A DNA stretch of 64,000 bases from NCBI GenBank assembly GCA_965649295.1, contig CBFGKH010000003.1, positions 64,001 through 128,000 of the forward strand, given 5' to 3'. Below are positions 49,249 to 60,037 of the stretch, one piece after another. How positions within the stretch are numbered: position 1 is the first letter of the stretch; every line of letters begins with the position of its first letter. A program made the translations under genes and the position numbers. The notes beneath the pieces were generated by a model. The model did no database searches. It saw only the letters and a list, made by a program, of their open reading frames with translations, and was not told the DNA's origin. This DNA is from a candidate division WOR-3 bacterium (lineage in GTDB: Bacteria > Hydrothermota > Tepidihabitantia > Tepidihabitantales > Tepidihabitantaceae).

Positions 49249-52200
49249 CTAATACCTGAGCTTGAACCGGTAACGGAGAGAATAGCGACCGTCTTCGCTA
49301 CGGCCGGCTACTAGCTCATTACGGCGGTTGAGGTAGTATTCAACACGAAAGACCGGCTGCAGGTCACCGGTGAAGCTCTGGGCATATGACACATAGAGGT
49401 TGCGACCGATGTACTTGCCAACGGTCACCCGTGTATCGCGACCACTAATCAAGCCGGTCTCAAACTCGAGATAGTCAAGACTGGCGAATGAACGGGCACG
49501 TTTGGCAGCCTGAGTCTGAAAGTAGCTGAGCAACCGATCCGAGAGAAGCCGGGTTACAGCCTCTTTCTGGTCAAGAGCGTTGAGCTCGTCCGGCGTCACG
49601 TTGAGGCTCAGATAGGACGCGATCTCTTCTGCCCCCCAGCCAGGAGGATCAGAAGCCAGATCGAAAACCGGCTGTTCCAGAGTGCCAGTAAGGGTAATAA
49701 CAATCCGTTCTGGCGTATCCGCGCCGCCGTTGCGGTGCAATGCCCGCACCGGCATCGCCGCAACGATTGCCAGGTCTGGGTCAAGTCGGTTGATATTCTC
49801 GAAACGCACAACTCCGCTATCCACGCGCAAGGTGTGGTCCAAGTAGTAAAGCGACCCCTGCCGCGAAACCAGCTCGCCAGAGTAGATCACATCGGTACGG
49901 GTCTTACGCACATTCAGGTCAATGCCAAATTCGATATCGGCGAGTTGATTACGAAGCCAGATGTTCCGCTCACCGCGAACACGAACGTCGTAAAGCAGGG
50001 TTGTGTCCGGTCGGGAAGGTGGTAGTGCGGGCCGGCCAAAGCCGTAGGCAATCAGCGCCTCGTCAACATCAACTTGGCCGGCTAGGGACAATGGTTTGAT
50101 TGGTGACCAATCAACTCGGAGTCGGCCCGAGCCGATGGCAAAAAGCTCGGGTTCAGGATTGAATGTCACACCGCTGAACTGAACATCACACTGGATCGAA
50201 TCAACGACCCAGTTCGCGCCGAGGTCAACAAACCCGTTGACAAAGACCATCCCCTTGCCCGATTCGCCAGCAATCTTCTGTAGCGTAATCCGACAGCTGT
50301 CGAACGTCAACTCGGCGGCAACGCGCTCAACCGCCAGATTGAGATCAGGCATCAGCACGCGAGCACGTGAGATTCGAGCCCGGCCTTTGAGCCGAGGACG
50401 CGTCAGCTCACCACTTAGCTGAACATCGCCATAGATGAGCGGCTGCCGGACAGCAAATGTTGGCACGAGGAAGAAAAGCGCCCACGCTCCAGGGTTACGC
50501 AAGGCGATATCAAGATCAGCCGGACCAAGTCCGAAACTACCGTTGAGGTTGAGAGCGATTGTCCCGCTGATGCGACTCGTGTCGGGCATAGTCGGATCAG
50601 CACTGATCAGGGCCAGGCTGTCAATTCTCAACTGGTCCCGGCTGATTCTGGCACCAAGTACAGCGCTGGCCAGTTCCAGACCGATTGCCGGCAGAACCGG
50701 CTGGCTAATCCTGAGCTCGACAACCATCGTATCCTGACCATTGATATCAACGTCCAGTGTTCCTCGGCACGGCTCGTTCAGTCTGAACAAGCCAGCAAGC
50801 TGAGCGATATCCAGTTGGCGAGCCGCCAGCCTTAGCCGAGGAAGTCCTTTCGCGGCCGCGGCCAGGTCGAACTCAAATCTGCCCCCAGCAATAGCAGCAG
50901 CAACTCCCTGCAGCAGAACCGAGTCGGAGAAAACTACCAGCCTAAATGGCTGAGTTGTAACCAAAGTCTCTTGTTCCGTGGAGAACCGAAAACTGCTGGC
51001 GGTCAGGTCAAGTCGGTCAAGCCTCAGCCGGACATCACCAGCCGCTAGCAGTTCGTTCTGGGGCAGTCGCAGTCTCAGGTCAAGTCGGCCACTGTCGAGA
51101 CCGATACTGGCGCGGTCAATATTGATACCAACCGCAGTCAGCGACTCAGCATCGAGCGTTAGCATCCCTAGCAGCTCTTCCTGATAACTTAGATCAAGGG
51201 CGGCCCGAGCGTGAGCAACCTTGACTCTGGCTACCGCCAGTCCGCTGGCGGCGATGGCACCGAACACCCGTGTACTGGTCTCGCCCATCACCATTGTCAG
51301 CTCGCCATCAAACTGGCCACTGGCAGGAACCGCCAGGATGTTGCCCAGCAGCCCTGCATCCAGCCGGTCAAACCGCACTTTTGCCCGGGTCCGGCCATCC
51401 TGCCATTGCCCGTTACCAGCCAGCTGACCAAGCGGACCAGCAATCGTAAACTCTTCAAGCCGTAACTGCTGTCGGTTGACAGCTCGCCGCCAGCTGACAG
51501 AAGCACGAAGACTCTCAACGCCCAACTCAGAAGCACTGGCGGCAATAGTGCAGTCAATCGAATCAATGCCCTGGCCACTAGCAACAACCCTGGCACCGAG
51601 CCGAACATTAGGCAAGTCATTGGTCAGCCTGCGCAACGCCAAGTCACGCAGTTTGGCCTCGACAGCGAAAGCCAGGGTCGTGATGTCAACACGGCCAGCA
51701 AGGTCAAACTCGCCCAGGGCAGTATCAGCACCGGCAGCGGACAGCTCGACAGTGTTATTCTGAAGTCTGAGATGGCCGGTTATCTCCGGCAGTGTGACTC
51801 GCCCAACCAGCAATCCGGTGGCCGCATACCTGCCGCTGGCACTGCGCGTCTTGTCCTCAATTCGACCCTCGCCGTGAAACCTAAACCAGCCGGGCTGATT
51901 CAGCAGCTCGGGCAAACTGACCCGCAACTCGCTGACTCGGAGACTCAGCCCATTGTCAGTCAAGCCGAGCTTAAGGTCGCCGGTGAGAACTGAAGCTGGC
52001 GTGGCGAGTTCGAAACCGATAAGACGAAGCGTGTCAGGTGTCAGTTCGAGTCGCGCCCGCATTCTGCGCACAGCCAGCTTCTTGGGCGCAAACACGGCAG
52101 TGAACGAATCGAGCTCAGCCTGCAGCAATCTGGGCCGAGAAAGGAGATTGAGTTCCAGCCCCAGCGAATCAACCAGCACCTGAGAATCAAGCACCACCTG

Positions 52201-52620
52201 GGCCTGGCTGATGCGTAGTCGCTCAATGACGGCACGCGGCAATCGGATTCGACCAGGTGGCTTGGTGCCTGGTGTTGCCGCCCGCTGAGTGGCCAAATAT
52301 ACCCCAAGACCACTGACCAGCACTTCTCGAAAGGAAAACCGGCCGCGCAACATCCCGAGCAGGTCGTAGTCGAGCTTGACTGACTCCGCCTTGATAGAAT
52401 CCGAGCCCGACACGACCCTTAGTTCATAAAGCTGGGGACGCGCAAAAATGTCGCCAGCGATTCGGCCACAGCTCACTGAGCCGTTCAGCGAACGACCCAG
52501 CGCAGCAAGCACTCGACCCAAAACAAAGCGGCCCAACGGCTGCCGGAACAATAGCAACGAAACTACTACTGCCAGCACTGCAATCAGAAGAACCAGACCG
52601 CGACTGCGCCTAGAAGGCAT
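49249..52620 (-). CDS. tamB: Translocation/assembly module TamB-like protein
   Basis: N-terminal TM, long beta-rich body, C-terminal VGKYI..NLYVSY; downstream of an Omp85 gene. Confidence 0.85.
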   Translation of the reverse strand: MPSRRSRGLVLLIAVLAVVVSLLLFRQPLGRFVLGRVLAALGRSLNGSVSCGRIAGDIFARPQLYELRVVSGSDSIKAESVKLDYDLLGMLRGRFSFREVLVSGLGVYLATQRAATPGTKPPGRIRLPRAVIERLRISQAQVVLDSQVLVDSLGLELNLLSRPRLLQAELDSFTAVFAPKKLAVRRMRARLELTPDTLRLIGFELATPASVLTGDLKLGLTDNGLSLRVSELRVSLPELLNQPGWFRFHGEGRIEDKTRSASGRYAATGLLVGRVTLPEITGHLRLQNNTVELSAAGADTALGEFDLAGRVDITTLAFAVEAKLRDLALRRLTNDLPNVRLGARVVASGQGIDSIDCTIAASASELGVESLRASVSWRRAVNRQQLRLEEFTIAGPLGQLAGNGQWQDGRTRAKVRFDRLDAGLLGNILAVPASGQFDGELTMVMGETSTRVFGAIAASGLAVARVKVAHARAALDLSYQEELLGMLTLDAESLTAVGINIDRASIGLDSGRLDLRLRLPQNELLAAGDVRLRLDRLDLTASSFRFSTEQETLVTTQPFRLVVFSDSVLLQGVAAAIAGGRFEFDLAAAAKGLPRLRLAARQLDIAQLAGLFRLNEPCRGTLDVDINGQDTMVVELRISQPVLPAIGLELASAVLGARISRDQLRIDSLALISADPTMPDTSRISGTIALNLNGSFGLGPADLDIALRNPGAWALFFLVPTFAVRQPLIYGDVQLSGELTRPRLKGRARISRARVLMPDLNLAVERVAAELTFDSCRITLQKIAGESGKGMVFVNGFVDLGANWVVDSIQCDVQFSGVTFNPEPELFAIGSGRLRVDWSPIKPLSLAGQVDVDEALIAYGFGRPALPPSRPDTTLLYDVRVRGERNIWLRNQLADIEFGIDLNVRKTRTDVIYSGELVSRQGSLYYLDHTLRVDSGVVRFENINRLDPDLAIVAAMPVRALHRNGGADTPERIVITLTGTLEQPVFDLASDPPGWGAEEIASYLSLNVTPDELNALDQKEAVTRLLSDRLLSYFQTQAAKRARSFASLDYLEFETGLISGRDTRVTVGKYIGRNLYVSYAQSFTGDLQPVFRVEYYLNRRNELVAGRSEDGRYSLRYRFKLRY

Positions 52621-54331
52621 GTAGTAATCCCAGATAGAACCGGCCATGGTCGCTGGCTGTGGCGTTGCGCAGACGCTTGCCCCAGTCCAAGCGCACCGGT
52701 CCAATCGGCGTGCGGACTCTGATACCCAAACCAGCGCCGTATTCAAGTTCGGTGAACTCGATACGGTTCGTAACCTGACCGATATCGAAGAAGACGACCA
52801 GTCCAACCCATCGGAAGAAGTAGCCGGACCGCAACTCGATGTTGGCGTTCAAAACGGTTGGGCCGTAGCGCCAGAATCCAGGTGCAGAGTCGGGTCCGAG
52901 CGAACGCTCATCGTAGCCGCGCAGCGAGTTGCGCCCGCCCAGGGTGAATGACTCATAGTACGGTGCCCGTTCAATACGCCCAAAAGGCAGCACTGCGCCG
53001 GCCATCGCCCTAGCCGCTAGAACCAGCCGCGGCCCTAACCCAGCAAAAGACCGAACCTCAGCCGTCAGTCGCCGGAAGTCGTTGTTTCCGCCCAAGACTC
53101 CGCCAGCAGCCTCAGCAGTTGTCTGCGCATAAATGCCACGAGACGGGTCGAAAATATCATTGCGGCTGTCATACTGCAACGAAAGCCCAACTGAGTTCGT
53201 AATCCCGGTGAGACTGGGACGCACGAACCGCAGCCGGTTGGCGATACCAACCACCAATTGCGGCGCTACATTGCGACTCATTCCAGTCTCAATGCTGTAG
53301 TCAATACGCCGCAGCGAATCAGTAACCTCGTAGGTAAACGACGGTCTTGTCTGAAAATCAATTCTCGTCAGTACCAGGTATGGTATCCGGTAGCGACCGT
53401 TCAGGTTCGCCCGATAGTTGCCGGTCAGGTCTGGACTGACCTCAGCTCCGATTACTGCGGTATGGCCGATGCCGAAAAGGTTGTCGTGCTCCCACTCGAC
53501 CGAAGAGAGGAGACGAATCGGTGTTGCCTCAACGCCCGCGCCGACTGAAAAACCACGATACTGCTGCTCGGTCACGTCAAACCGAACTACCACCTCATCT
53601 GCCGCCGAATCAGGCCGAAGCACAAAAAAGGCCACCCGCGAAAAGAGACGGGTACTGTAGAGCCGGCGCTGAGCAGCATAGAGTTCCCGTTGCGAAAACC
53701 ACTGGCCGGCCCGCAACTCGCTGGCACGAGTAATGATTGGTGTACGGACAGTTCGATTGCCGCGCACTCGCACTTCGCGAATCCGACAACGCGGCCCCTC
53801 AGCAATCGTGTAGCCAATCCAGACAAGCGTGTCGTCAGGCGCCGAACTCTGCAGGGACGGCTGGTCGAGAGTCACCTCCACAAATGGGTAGCCGGAGTTG
53901 AGATAGTGATTGCGGATGGCTTCAAGCCCAGCACCAAGCTGGGCGAACACGAGTGCCCCGCCCGGCTGACAAGGCAGCAATCCAAGCAGAGTAGCGGCTG
54001 GAAAGACATTAGCCCCGGCAATATCAATGCCGGCAATTTTGGTACGCGGCCCTTCCTCAATATTGAAAACCGCTACCGGCCGGCGGCGGCCCGGCACGAC
54101 CGACCGTTCAACCCGCACGTGCCTGAACCCTTGTTCTTCGTACACCCGTTCGATTGTGGCCGCATCGCGAACCAGTTGCGCATCACCGGTCGGCTTACCC
54201 GGCCGAGCGCTGACGAGCTGAGCAAGCACATGACGTGAAAGAGCCCGGTTACCATTGAAGCGAACCGCTTCGAGTGTCTCGCCAGCCGCAAACGGCCCGG
54301 CCGCAACCACCAGTACCAGCAGGGCAACCAT
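52610..54331 (-). CDS. Omp85 family (TamA/BamA) outer-membrane protein
   Basis: POTRA repeats, GGRNSLRGY, GLGIRVRTPIGPVRLD, terminal Phe. Confidence 0.92.
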   Translation of the reverse strand: MVALLVLVVAAGPFAAGETLEAVRFNGNRALSRHVLAQLVSARPGKPTGDAQLVRDAATIERVYEEQGFRHVRVERSVVPGRRRPVAVFNIEEGPRTKIAGIDIAGANVFPAATLLGLLPCQPGGALVFAQLGAGLEAIRNHYLNSGYPFVEVTLDQPSLQSSAPDDTLVWIGYTIAEGPRCRIREVRVRGNRTVRTPIITRASELRAGQWFSQRELYAAQRRLYSTRLFSRVAFFVLRPDSAADEVVVRFDVTEQQYRGFSVGAGVEATPIRLLSSVEWEHDNLFGIGHTAVIGAEVSPDLTGNYRANLNGRYRIPYLVLTRIDFQTRPSFTYEVTDSLRRIDYSIETGMSRNVAPQLVVGIANRLRFVRPSLTGITNSVGLSLQYDSRNDIFDPSRGIYAQTTAEAAGGVLGGNNDFRRLTAEVRSFAGLGPRLVLAARAMAGAVLPFGRIERAPYYESFTLGGRNSLRGYDERSLGPDSAPGFWRYGPTVLNANIELRSGYFFRWVGLVVFFDIGQVTNRIEFTELEYGAGLGIRVRTPIGPVRLDWGKRLRNATASDHGRFYLGLLHAF

Positions 54332-54471
54332 TACTGCAGCGCGGGCCTCGACCCAAAAGAGGGATGCACGCCTGATATTAGCCATGCGATGACCGAAGCG
54401 TCAAGCTCGCCGTTAGCACTCGCCCGACTGTTGACTTCGCCGGCTCGTCTTCTATTCTGTGCGTAAGAATC

Positions 54472-56178
54472 ATGGCGAGTCATCGAACAATTGTAGCACC
54501 TCGTGGCAACGGACTCTCCTGTCGAGGCTGGCAGCAGGAAGCCGCATTGCGGATGCTTTGCAACAATCTTGACCCGGCAGTGGCCGAAAACCCGGCTGAG
54601 CTTGTTGTGTATGGCGGTACTGGTCGTGCTGCCCGCAACTGGGATTGTTTCGACGCCATTGTTAGGACTCTACGGACACTGGCTGACGATGAAACACTGC
54701 TGGTACAGTCCGGCAAACCGGTCGGCGTCTTCCGCACCTGGCCCCACAGCCCGCGTGTGCTCATCGCCAATTCGAATCTTGTCCCGCACTGGGCCACCAA
54801 ATCTTACTTTGATGAACTAGAACAAGCCGGTCTCATAATGTACGGCCAGATGACGGCCGGTTCCTGGATATACATCGGCACCCAGGGAATTCTTCAGGGA
54901 ACACACGAGACATTTGTCGCAGCTGGCAAGAAACACTTCGGCACCGGTGACCTTACTGGCCGTTTGGTAGTCTCTGGTGGCCTGGGAGGAATGAGCGGTG
55001 CTCAGCCGCTGGCGGCAACGATGGCCGGCGCCACCTATCTCGGTGCCGAAGTTGACCCGGCCCGTATCGAACGTCGCCTGGCAGCGAAGAAGCCCCGCTA
55101 TCTCGACCAACGGATTGACGATCTCGACAAGGCGATTGACCAAGCACTTGACTATCGCCGCCATCGTCAGGCTCAGAGCATTGGCTGGTGCGGCAATATC
55201 GTTGACCTCCTTGCCCGACTTGTCGAACGCGAGGTGGTGCCGGACCTCCTCACTGACCAGACCTCGGCCCACGATGAACTGAACGGCTATGTACCAGCGG
55301 GAATGAGCTTCAACCAGGCGCTGGAACTGCGCCGTACGAACCCAGCTGCCTATCGGGACGCCGCGTACAAGACAATGGCCACCCACGTGCGGCTCATGCT
55401 TCGGTTGCAGGCGATGGGCGCAGTAACCTTCGACTATGGCAACAATCTCCGTGGCAAAGCACTGGAAGGCGGACATCTGGCCGAGGCAGAGATTCGAACT
55501 CCCGGCCGCGTTGGCTCCTGGAAGTATCCTGGCTTTGTGCCAGCCTACATCCGGCCGCTCTTCTGTGAAGGTAAGGGGCCGTTTCGCTGGGTAGCACTTT
55601 CCGGTGACGCGGCCGACATCACCGAAACCGACCGCATCATCGCTGAACTCTTCCCTGACAATGGCCCGCTATTGAACTGGCTCCGTAAGGCCGGTGAGCT
55701 TATTCCCTATCAGGGACTACCAGCCCGCATCTGCTGGTTGGGCTATGGCGAACGCGACCGGGCCGGACTCGCATTCAACAAGGCGGTACGCGAGGGCCGC
55801 ATCAAGGCACCGATTGTGATTGGTCGCGACCATCTCGACTGCGGGTCAGTTGCCTCACCAAACCGTGAAACCGAGGCAATGAAAGACGGCTCCGATGCAA
55901 TCGCCGATTGGCCACTGCTCAATGCCCTGCTCAATGTCGCCTCTGGTGCTTCATGGGTCTCAATTCACCACGGCGGTGGAGTTGGCATCGGCTACTCGAT
56001 TCACGCTGGCCAAGTCATTGTCTGCGACGGCACGCCAGCGATGGACGGCCGTATCCAGCGCGTTCTCACTAACGATCCGGGGACTGGTGTGATGCGACAC
56101 GCTGACGCGGGATACGAAGAGGCGTTACTCGTGGCGCGTCAGCGCGGTATCAGGCTACCGATGTACGACCAAGGCTAG
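54472..56178 (+). CDS. hutU: Urocanate hydratase
   Basis: [36 protein letters not shown]. Confidence 0.98.
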   Translation: MASHRTIVAPRGNGLSCRGWQQEAALRMLCNNLDPAVAENPAELVVYGGTGRAARNWDCFDAIVRTLRTLADDETLLVQSGKPVGVFRTWPHSPRVLIANSNLVPHWATKSYFDELEQAGLIMYGQMTAGSWIYIGTQGILQGTHETFVAAGKKHFGTGDLTGRLVVSGGLGGMSGAQPLAATMAGATYLGAEVDPARIERRLAAKKPRYLDQRIDDLDKAIDQALDYRRHRQAQSIGWCGNIVDLLARLVEREVVPDLLTDQTSAHDELNGYVPAGMSFNQALELRRTNPAAYRDAAYKTMATHVRLMLRLQAMGAVTFDYGNNLRGKALEGGHLAEAEIRTPGRVGSWKYPGFVPAYIRPLFCEGKGPFRWVALSGDAADITETDRIIAELFPDNGPLLNWLRKAGELIPYQGLPARICWLGYGERDRAGLAFNKAVREGRIKAPIVIGRDHLDCGSVASPNRETEAMKDGSDAIADWPLLNALLNVASGASWVSIHHGGGVGIGYSIHAGQVIVCDGTPAMDGRIQRVLTNDPGTGVMRHADAGYEEALLVARQRGIRLPMYDQG

Positions 56179-56223
56179 CCCACGCTCGGTTCGCGTTCTG
56201 TCCTCCATTCACCTGCCCGCAGT

Positions 56224-57558
56224 GTGCAGCTTGCGTTCTGCCTGCTTCTTGCCTGCTCCACCTTCAAGCCACTTTCCCCGGCGGATCGGCTGAACGCGTC
56301 CGAACGGCTCGACTATGTCACCCTGCTGGCACTGGCCCCGGATATGGCCGCAACCTTTGCAAGTCAACCCACTGGGACGGCTCGTGCCAGCTACCTGGAC
56401 TGGTTCTGGCAGAACTGGCCAGCGGTCAAAAACACCGCCCCCGACTCGCTGCGCCGGCTCTATCGCGAGCGAGCCGAGCAGGCTCGCCGATTCTACGGCT
56501 CAACCGACCTGCTCGGCGACGACCGGGTTCGCGCCTACATCAGGTATGGCCCACCACGGCGCGAGGTTTTTGCACCCCGCTTACCGGCGCAGGACACGGT
56601 CCGTTATGTTGTCAGTCCGGCTGAGATTTGGACCTATGATTCGCTCGGTCTCCAGCTCGACTTTGTCCGCACTGGTGTCAGCTACAAGCTCGTTGGCGAG
56701 TCCCGTTTTGGTGCCAGCGTTACCGTGCCTGCACTTGAACCGCTCGACCTCAGCCTGTCTCGGCCCCAGCTCAAGCCGGATGCCCGTGCGCTCGATATCG
56801 GATTCGCTCTGTATCGGTTAGGACAGCAGTCTGACTCCGTCGAAGTCGAAATCCAGTATGGACTGCCCCTAGCTGACATCAGGTCAGTTTTCCCGTCGGG
56901 CACACAACCTCGATTCTACTGCCGGATTGACTTTGATCCGCGCGGCAGGGGCCTACCGCAAACCATCATCCGCTGGGACGGCTGCCCAGCAGTCAGTGAT
57001 TCGGCTGCAACTGGCCAAGCAGTCGCTCTTGAACGCCTATACCTGCCGGCTGATGTCTATCGTGTTAGGATTGAGATTGTTGCCGGCAACGGTCGGGCAG
57101 CCGGTTCTCGCAGTGCTGAGCTCAATCTGATTGAGTACGCCAGGCGGGCTCAGCCGGCCTCTGACATCGTTTTCTACGCCCTAGCTGACTCGACCTACCA
57201 GAGTGAACAATTCCGCCGTTCCGGCTGGCTTCGACTCATTCCCAACTGCGGTCGGCAACTACGCTCCGGCAGCACTGGTTATCTGCTATACGAGCTATAC
57301 AACCTAGGAGTTGACTCAACCGGCAGTCACCGGCTTGAAGCCGACTACGACTTTATCGAGCGATCGACGCGGCAGGTGACATTTCCCGCCTCACCGCAAC
57401 GGTTCGTCACCGGTGTTGGTGCAACTGCCCGCATTGTCGAACGGATCCATACGATGAACCTGCGACCGGGAACCTATCTCATTGTTGCCCGAGCCAACGA
57501 CCTCCAAGCAGCTCGTCAGATTACGCTCACTTCTGAACTGGAGATAACCCCTCGCTAG
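56224..57558 (+). CDS. GWxTD-domain-like exported protein
   Basis: FW..., DDRVRAYIRYGPP, EIWTY motifs. Confidence 0.65.
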   Translation: MQLAFCLLLACSTFKPLSPADRLNASERLDYVTLLALAPDMAATFASQPTGTARASYLDWFWQNWPAVKNTAPDSLRRLYRERAEQARRFYGSTDLLGDDRVRAYIRYGPPRREVFAPRLPAQDTVRYVVSPAEIWTYDSLGLQLDFVRTGVSYKLVGESRFGASVTVPALEPLDLSLSRPQLKPDARALDIGFALYRLGQQSDSVEVEIQYGLPLADIRSVFPSGTQPRFYCRIDFDPRGRGLPQTIIRWDGCPAVSDSAATGQAVALERLYLPADVYRVRIEIVAGNGRAAGSRSAELNLIEYARRAQPASDIVFYALADSTYQSEQFRRSGWLRLIPNCGRQLRSGSTGYLLYELYNLGVDSTGSHRLEADYDFIERSTRQVTFPASPQRFVTGVGATARIVERIHTMNLRPGTYLIVARANDLQAARQITLTSELEITPR

Positions 57559-57559
57559 G

Positions 57560-58189
57560 TCAGCCAACAAGCCAGGCCTTAAGCCAACCCAGCCCATAGG
57601 CAACTCCGGTCGTAAGCCACGTCGGCCACTCCAGCCTTGCCCTCTCCCACTGCCACTCTTGCCGGTTCTGCCCAACACCGTCCACCTGGCATTGGGTTTT
57701 GGCCCTTGGCCTCTGGCTTTGTTCCGCCCCACCCCCTTTGCCACCGTCCGCTGCCCCCGTTTCTGCCTGCTCGCTTCGCCCGCTACTCACTGGTTGGTGC
57801 TCACTCAGGTATTCTTCCTCTGCCAAAACAATCAACGCATATTCGGCACAGAACAATACAAACACCATCGCTGCCAGCCACAGCGGCGGCAATAATGCCA
57901 GCAGCACACCCAGCACCAGTAACGCGTTGCCCAGATACAACGGATGCCTGACAAAGTGATATGGTCCAGCAACGATGCGTTCACTGCCACCGATAGTAGT
58001 AACACGCGCTCCCGTGCCGATATGGCCCATTGCCCAGAACCGCATCCCCAGCCCTGCTAGCAGCAGTGGCACCGCCCCGATTAAGCTGGCCAGCCTTGGT
58101 TCTGCCTGCCAGAAAACCAGAAAGTAGCCGATGAAACCGATCACTCCGCGCCAGCGAAACAGCCAACGGCCGAATTCCGTCAACGCCAC
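57560..58189 (-). CDS. Isoprenylcysteine carboxyl/phospholipid methyltransferase family membrane protein
   Basis: RFWAMGHIG, GPYHFVRHPLYLGN, EEEYL. Confidence 0.85.
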   Translation of the reverse strand: MALTEFGRWLFRWRGVIGFIGYFLVFWQAEPRLASLIGAVPLLLAGLGMRFWAMGHIGTGARVTTIGGSERIVAGPYHFVRHPLYLGNALLVLGVLLALLPPLWLAAMVFVLFCAEYALIVLAEEEYLSEHQPVSSGRSEQAETGAADGGKGGGAEQSQRPRAKTQCQVDGVGQNRQEWQWERARLEWPTWLTTGVAYGLGWLKAWLVG

Positions 58190-58297
58190 GGCTAATCTCT
58201 ACCCATCAACACTTGTGTCCTCTTCATTCACCGGGATTGACGGGTTGCCTTCGGTGCCGCCATTCCCGCCTGCTGGTCAAACGCCGCTGCTAGACTG

Positions 58298-59137
58298 CTA
58301 CTTCAGCCCGAAACCGAGTGAGACCGACACGGTACCGAGCCAGTTCTTGTTGTAGCCGTCGGCGCCGGGATTCTCGGGGTTGTTCTGCTGACCTTCGGCC
58401 CCACCGCCGAGGTAGCGAACGTTCAAATAGCCGTCGAGCCAGTCGCTGAAGACGCGGCCGTAGCGCACCGCCGCATCGAGGATCGCACCCTTGAAACTCG
58501 ACGTGACATTCGTACTGCCGGTGACAAACTTACCCTGAGCATAGAAACCATCAACCTCGGTGCCGAACCAGGAATGGTCGTCAATTGGTAGCCTCGCCCG
58601 AAGCCGTAGGACCGGAACCGGGCCGATGTCATTGTAAGCGGCTAGTAGGTCGCCGTTCTTAGCCGCGAAGCTGATGGCTGCGTCACGAATCTGCAGCGAG
58701 GCACCGAATGCCAGCTCGCGGTCCGGCTCAGGAAAGATGTCATACTGGTAGCTGAGCCGGTAGAAATCAAAGCCGTAGCGGAAGTTCATCGGGGTGCCGG
58801 CTGGGAAGGTAACGCTGTCAACAATCAGTGGTGCAAAGAGCCGCTGTTCGGTGCGGATATCAATTGGCTGATACAAAAAGACGATGGAATGGCGCGGCTT
58901 CAGGTGCAGTTCGGCAGCAAGACGGGAGAATGGAAACAGGATGTTCTGGCCCGCGTCTTTGACGTAATCAAACTCAGTGCCGTTGACGCCGAACTGAATG
59001 GTGTGGCTCGTAATACCGATGAAACCGATTTCAGTGCTGGCGCGCAGCTCATAGCTGCGGTCCCGGTCATTGAGCCAAGTCGCCGAGGCGAGCGAGGCAA
59101 TTAGCAGCACAGCAAGGGCAGCATGAGGATACTTCAT
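58298..59137 (-). CDS. Putative outer-membrane beta-barrel protein
   Basis: GGAGG RBS, signal peptide, alternating strands, C-terminal VSLGFGLK. Confidence 0.7.
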   Translation of the reverse strand: MKYPHAALAVLLIASLASATWLNDRDRSYELRASTEIGFIGITSHTIQFGVNGTEFDYVKDAGQNILFPFSRLAAELHLKPRHSIVFLYQPIDIRTEQRLFAPLIVDSVTFPAGTPMNFRYGFDFYRLSYQYDIFPEPDRELAFGASLQIRDAAISFAAKNGDLLAAYNDIGPVPVLRLRARLPIDDHSWFGTEVDGFYAQGKFVTGSTNVTSSFKGAILDAAVRYGRVFSDWLDGYLNVRYLGGGAEGQQNNPENPGADGYNKNWLGTVSVSLGFGLK

Positions 59138-59194
59138 TAGACCTCCCGGGTAAGTGTTATTTGACGCGAAAACCAGCCGGGCAGATTCGACCTG

Positions 59195-60037
59195 CTAGTA
59201 CTCGGCCGGGAGCTGTTTGAGCTGGGAGTAGGAGAAAACCGGGCCGTCTTTGCAGACGTAGAACTGGCCGACGTTGCAGTGGCCGCATTTGCCAATGCCG
59301 CACTTCATCCGGTTTTCGAGTGACAGATAGACGTTGTCCGGGCTGAACCCAAGCTCTTCCAGCACCGGATGGGTGAAGCGAATCATTACTGGTGGACCGC
59401 AGACGAGCGCAACCGCGTTCTCCGCGCTGGGCGCCACTTGCCTGAGCACGTTGGGCACCAAGCCTTCGGTCTTGGGCCACTGGGCTGAACCAAGCTTGTC
59501 CACGCAAAGATGCAAACTCAGGTCAGGGTTCGATTCCCAAGCCCGTAGTTCGTCTTTGTACAACAACTCGCCGGCCGAACGCGCGCCGTAAACAACGGTC
59601 AGCTTGCCAAATTGAGCGCGGCGAGCCGGGTCAAGCAGATGGACGATGGTCGAGCGCAAGGTGGTGAACGAAAAGCCACCAGAGACGATAACCACGTCCC
59701 GGCCCTGCATCCGGTCGAGCGGATAGGAATTGCCCCAGGGGCCGCGCAGGCCGATAGTCGCGCCCGGCTCCAGCTCATGTAAGGCAGTGGTGAACGAACC
59801 GACTCGCTTGACCGTGAACTTGACCAGCTCTTCGGACGGTGCTGAGGCAATACCGAATGGGGCCTCACCAACGCCCATGATCGAGAGAAACGCAAACTGG
59901 CCCGGGATGAACTCGAATGCCCGGCGCGCGGCCGGGTCGGCAAACGACAAGTCAAAGGTCTTGAGGTCGCGAGCATCGTTCTCGACCGTAATCCGTTCGA
60001 CTCTGACCGGCTGAGGCAAGTAGGGGTTGGCTGGCAT
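59195..60037 (-). CDS. FAD/NAD-binding 2Fe-2S subunit (FlxA/AsrB/HydG-like)
   Basis: PGQF, GPWGN, CGPPVM, MKCGIGKCGHC, CKDGPVF. Confidence 0.9.
   Translation of the reverse strand: MPANPYLPQPVRVERITVENDARDLKTFDLSFADPAARRAFEFIPGQFAFLSIMGVGEAPFGIASAPSEELVKFTVKRVGSFTTALHELEPGATIGLRGPWGNSYPLDRMQGRDVVIVSGGFSFTTLRSTIVHLLDPARRAQFGKLTVVYGARSAGELLYKDELRAWESNPDLSLHLCVDKLGSAQWPKTEGLVPNVLRQVAPSAENAVALVCGPPVMIRFTHPVLEELGFSPDNVYLSLENRMKCGIGKCGHCNVGQFYVCKDGPVFSYSQLKQLPAEY

Noticed and set aside
58200..58290. Possible glycine riboswitch (GCACCGAAGG on the minus strand)
   Set aside because: The other conserved elements (GGAGA, CTCTCAGG) are absent and the downstream gene is unrelated.
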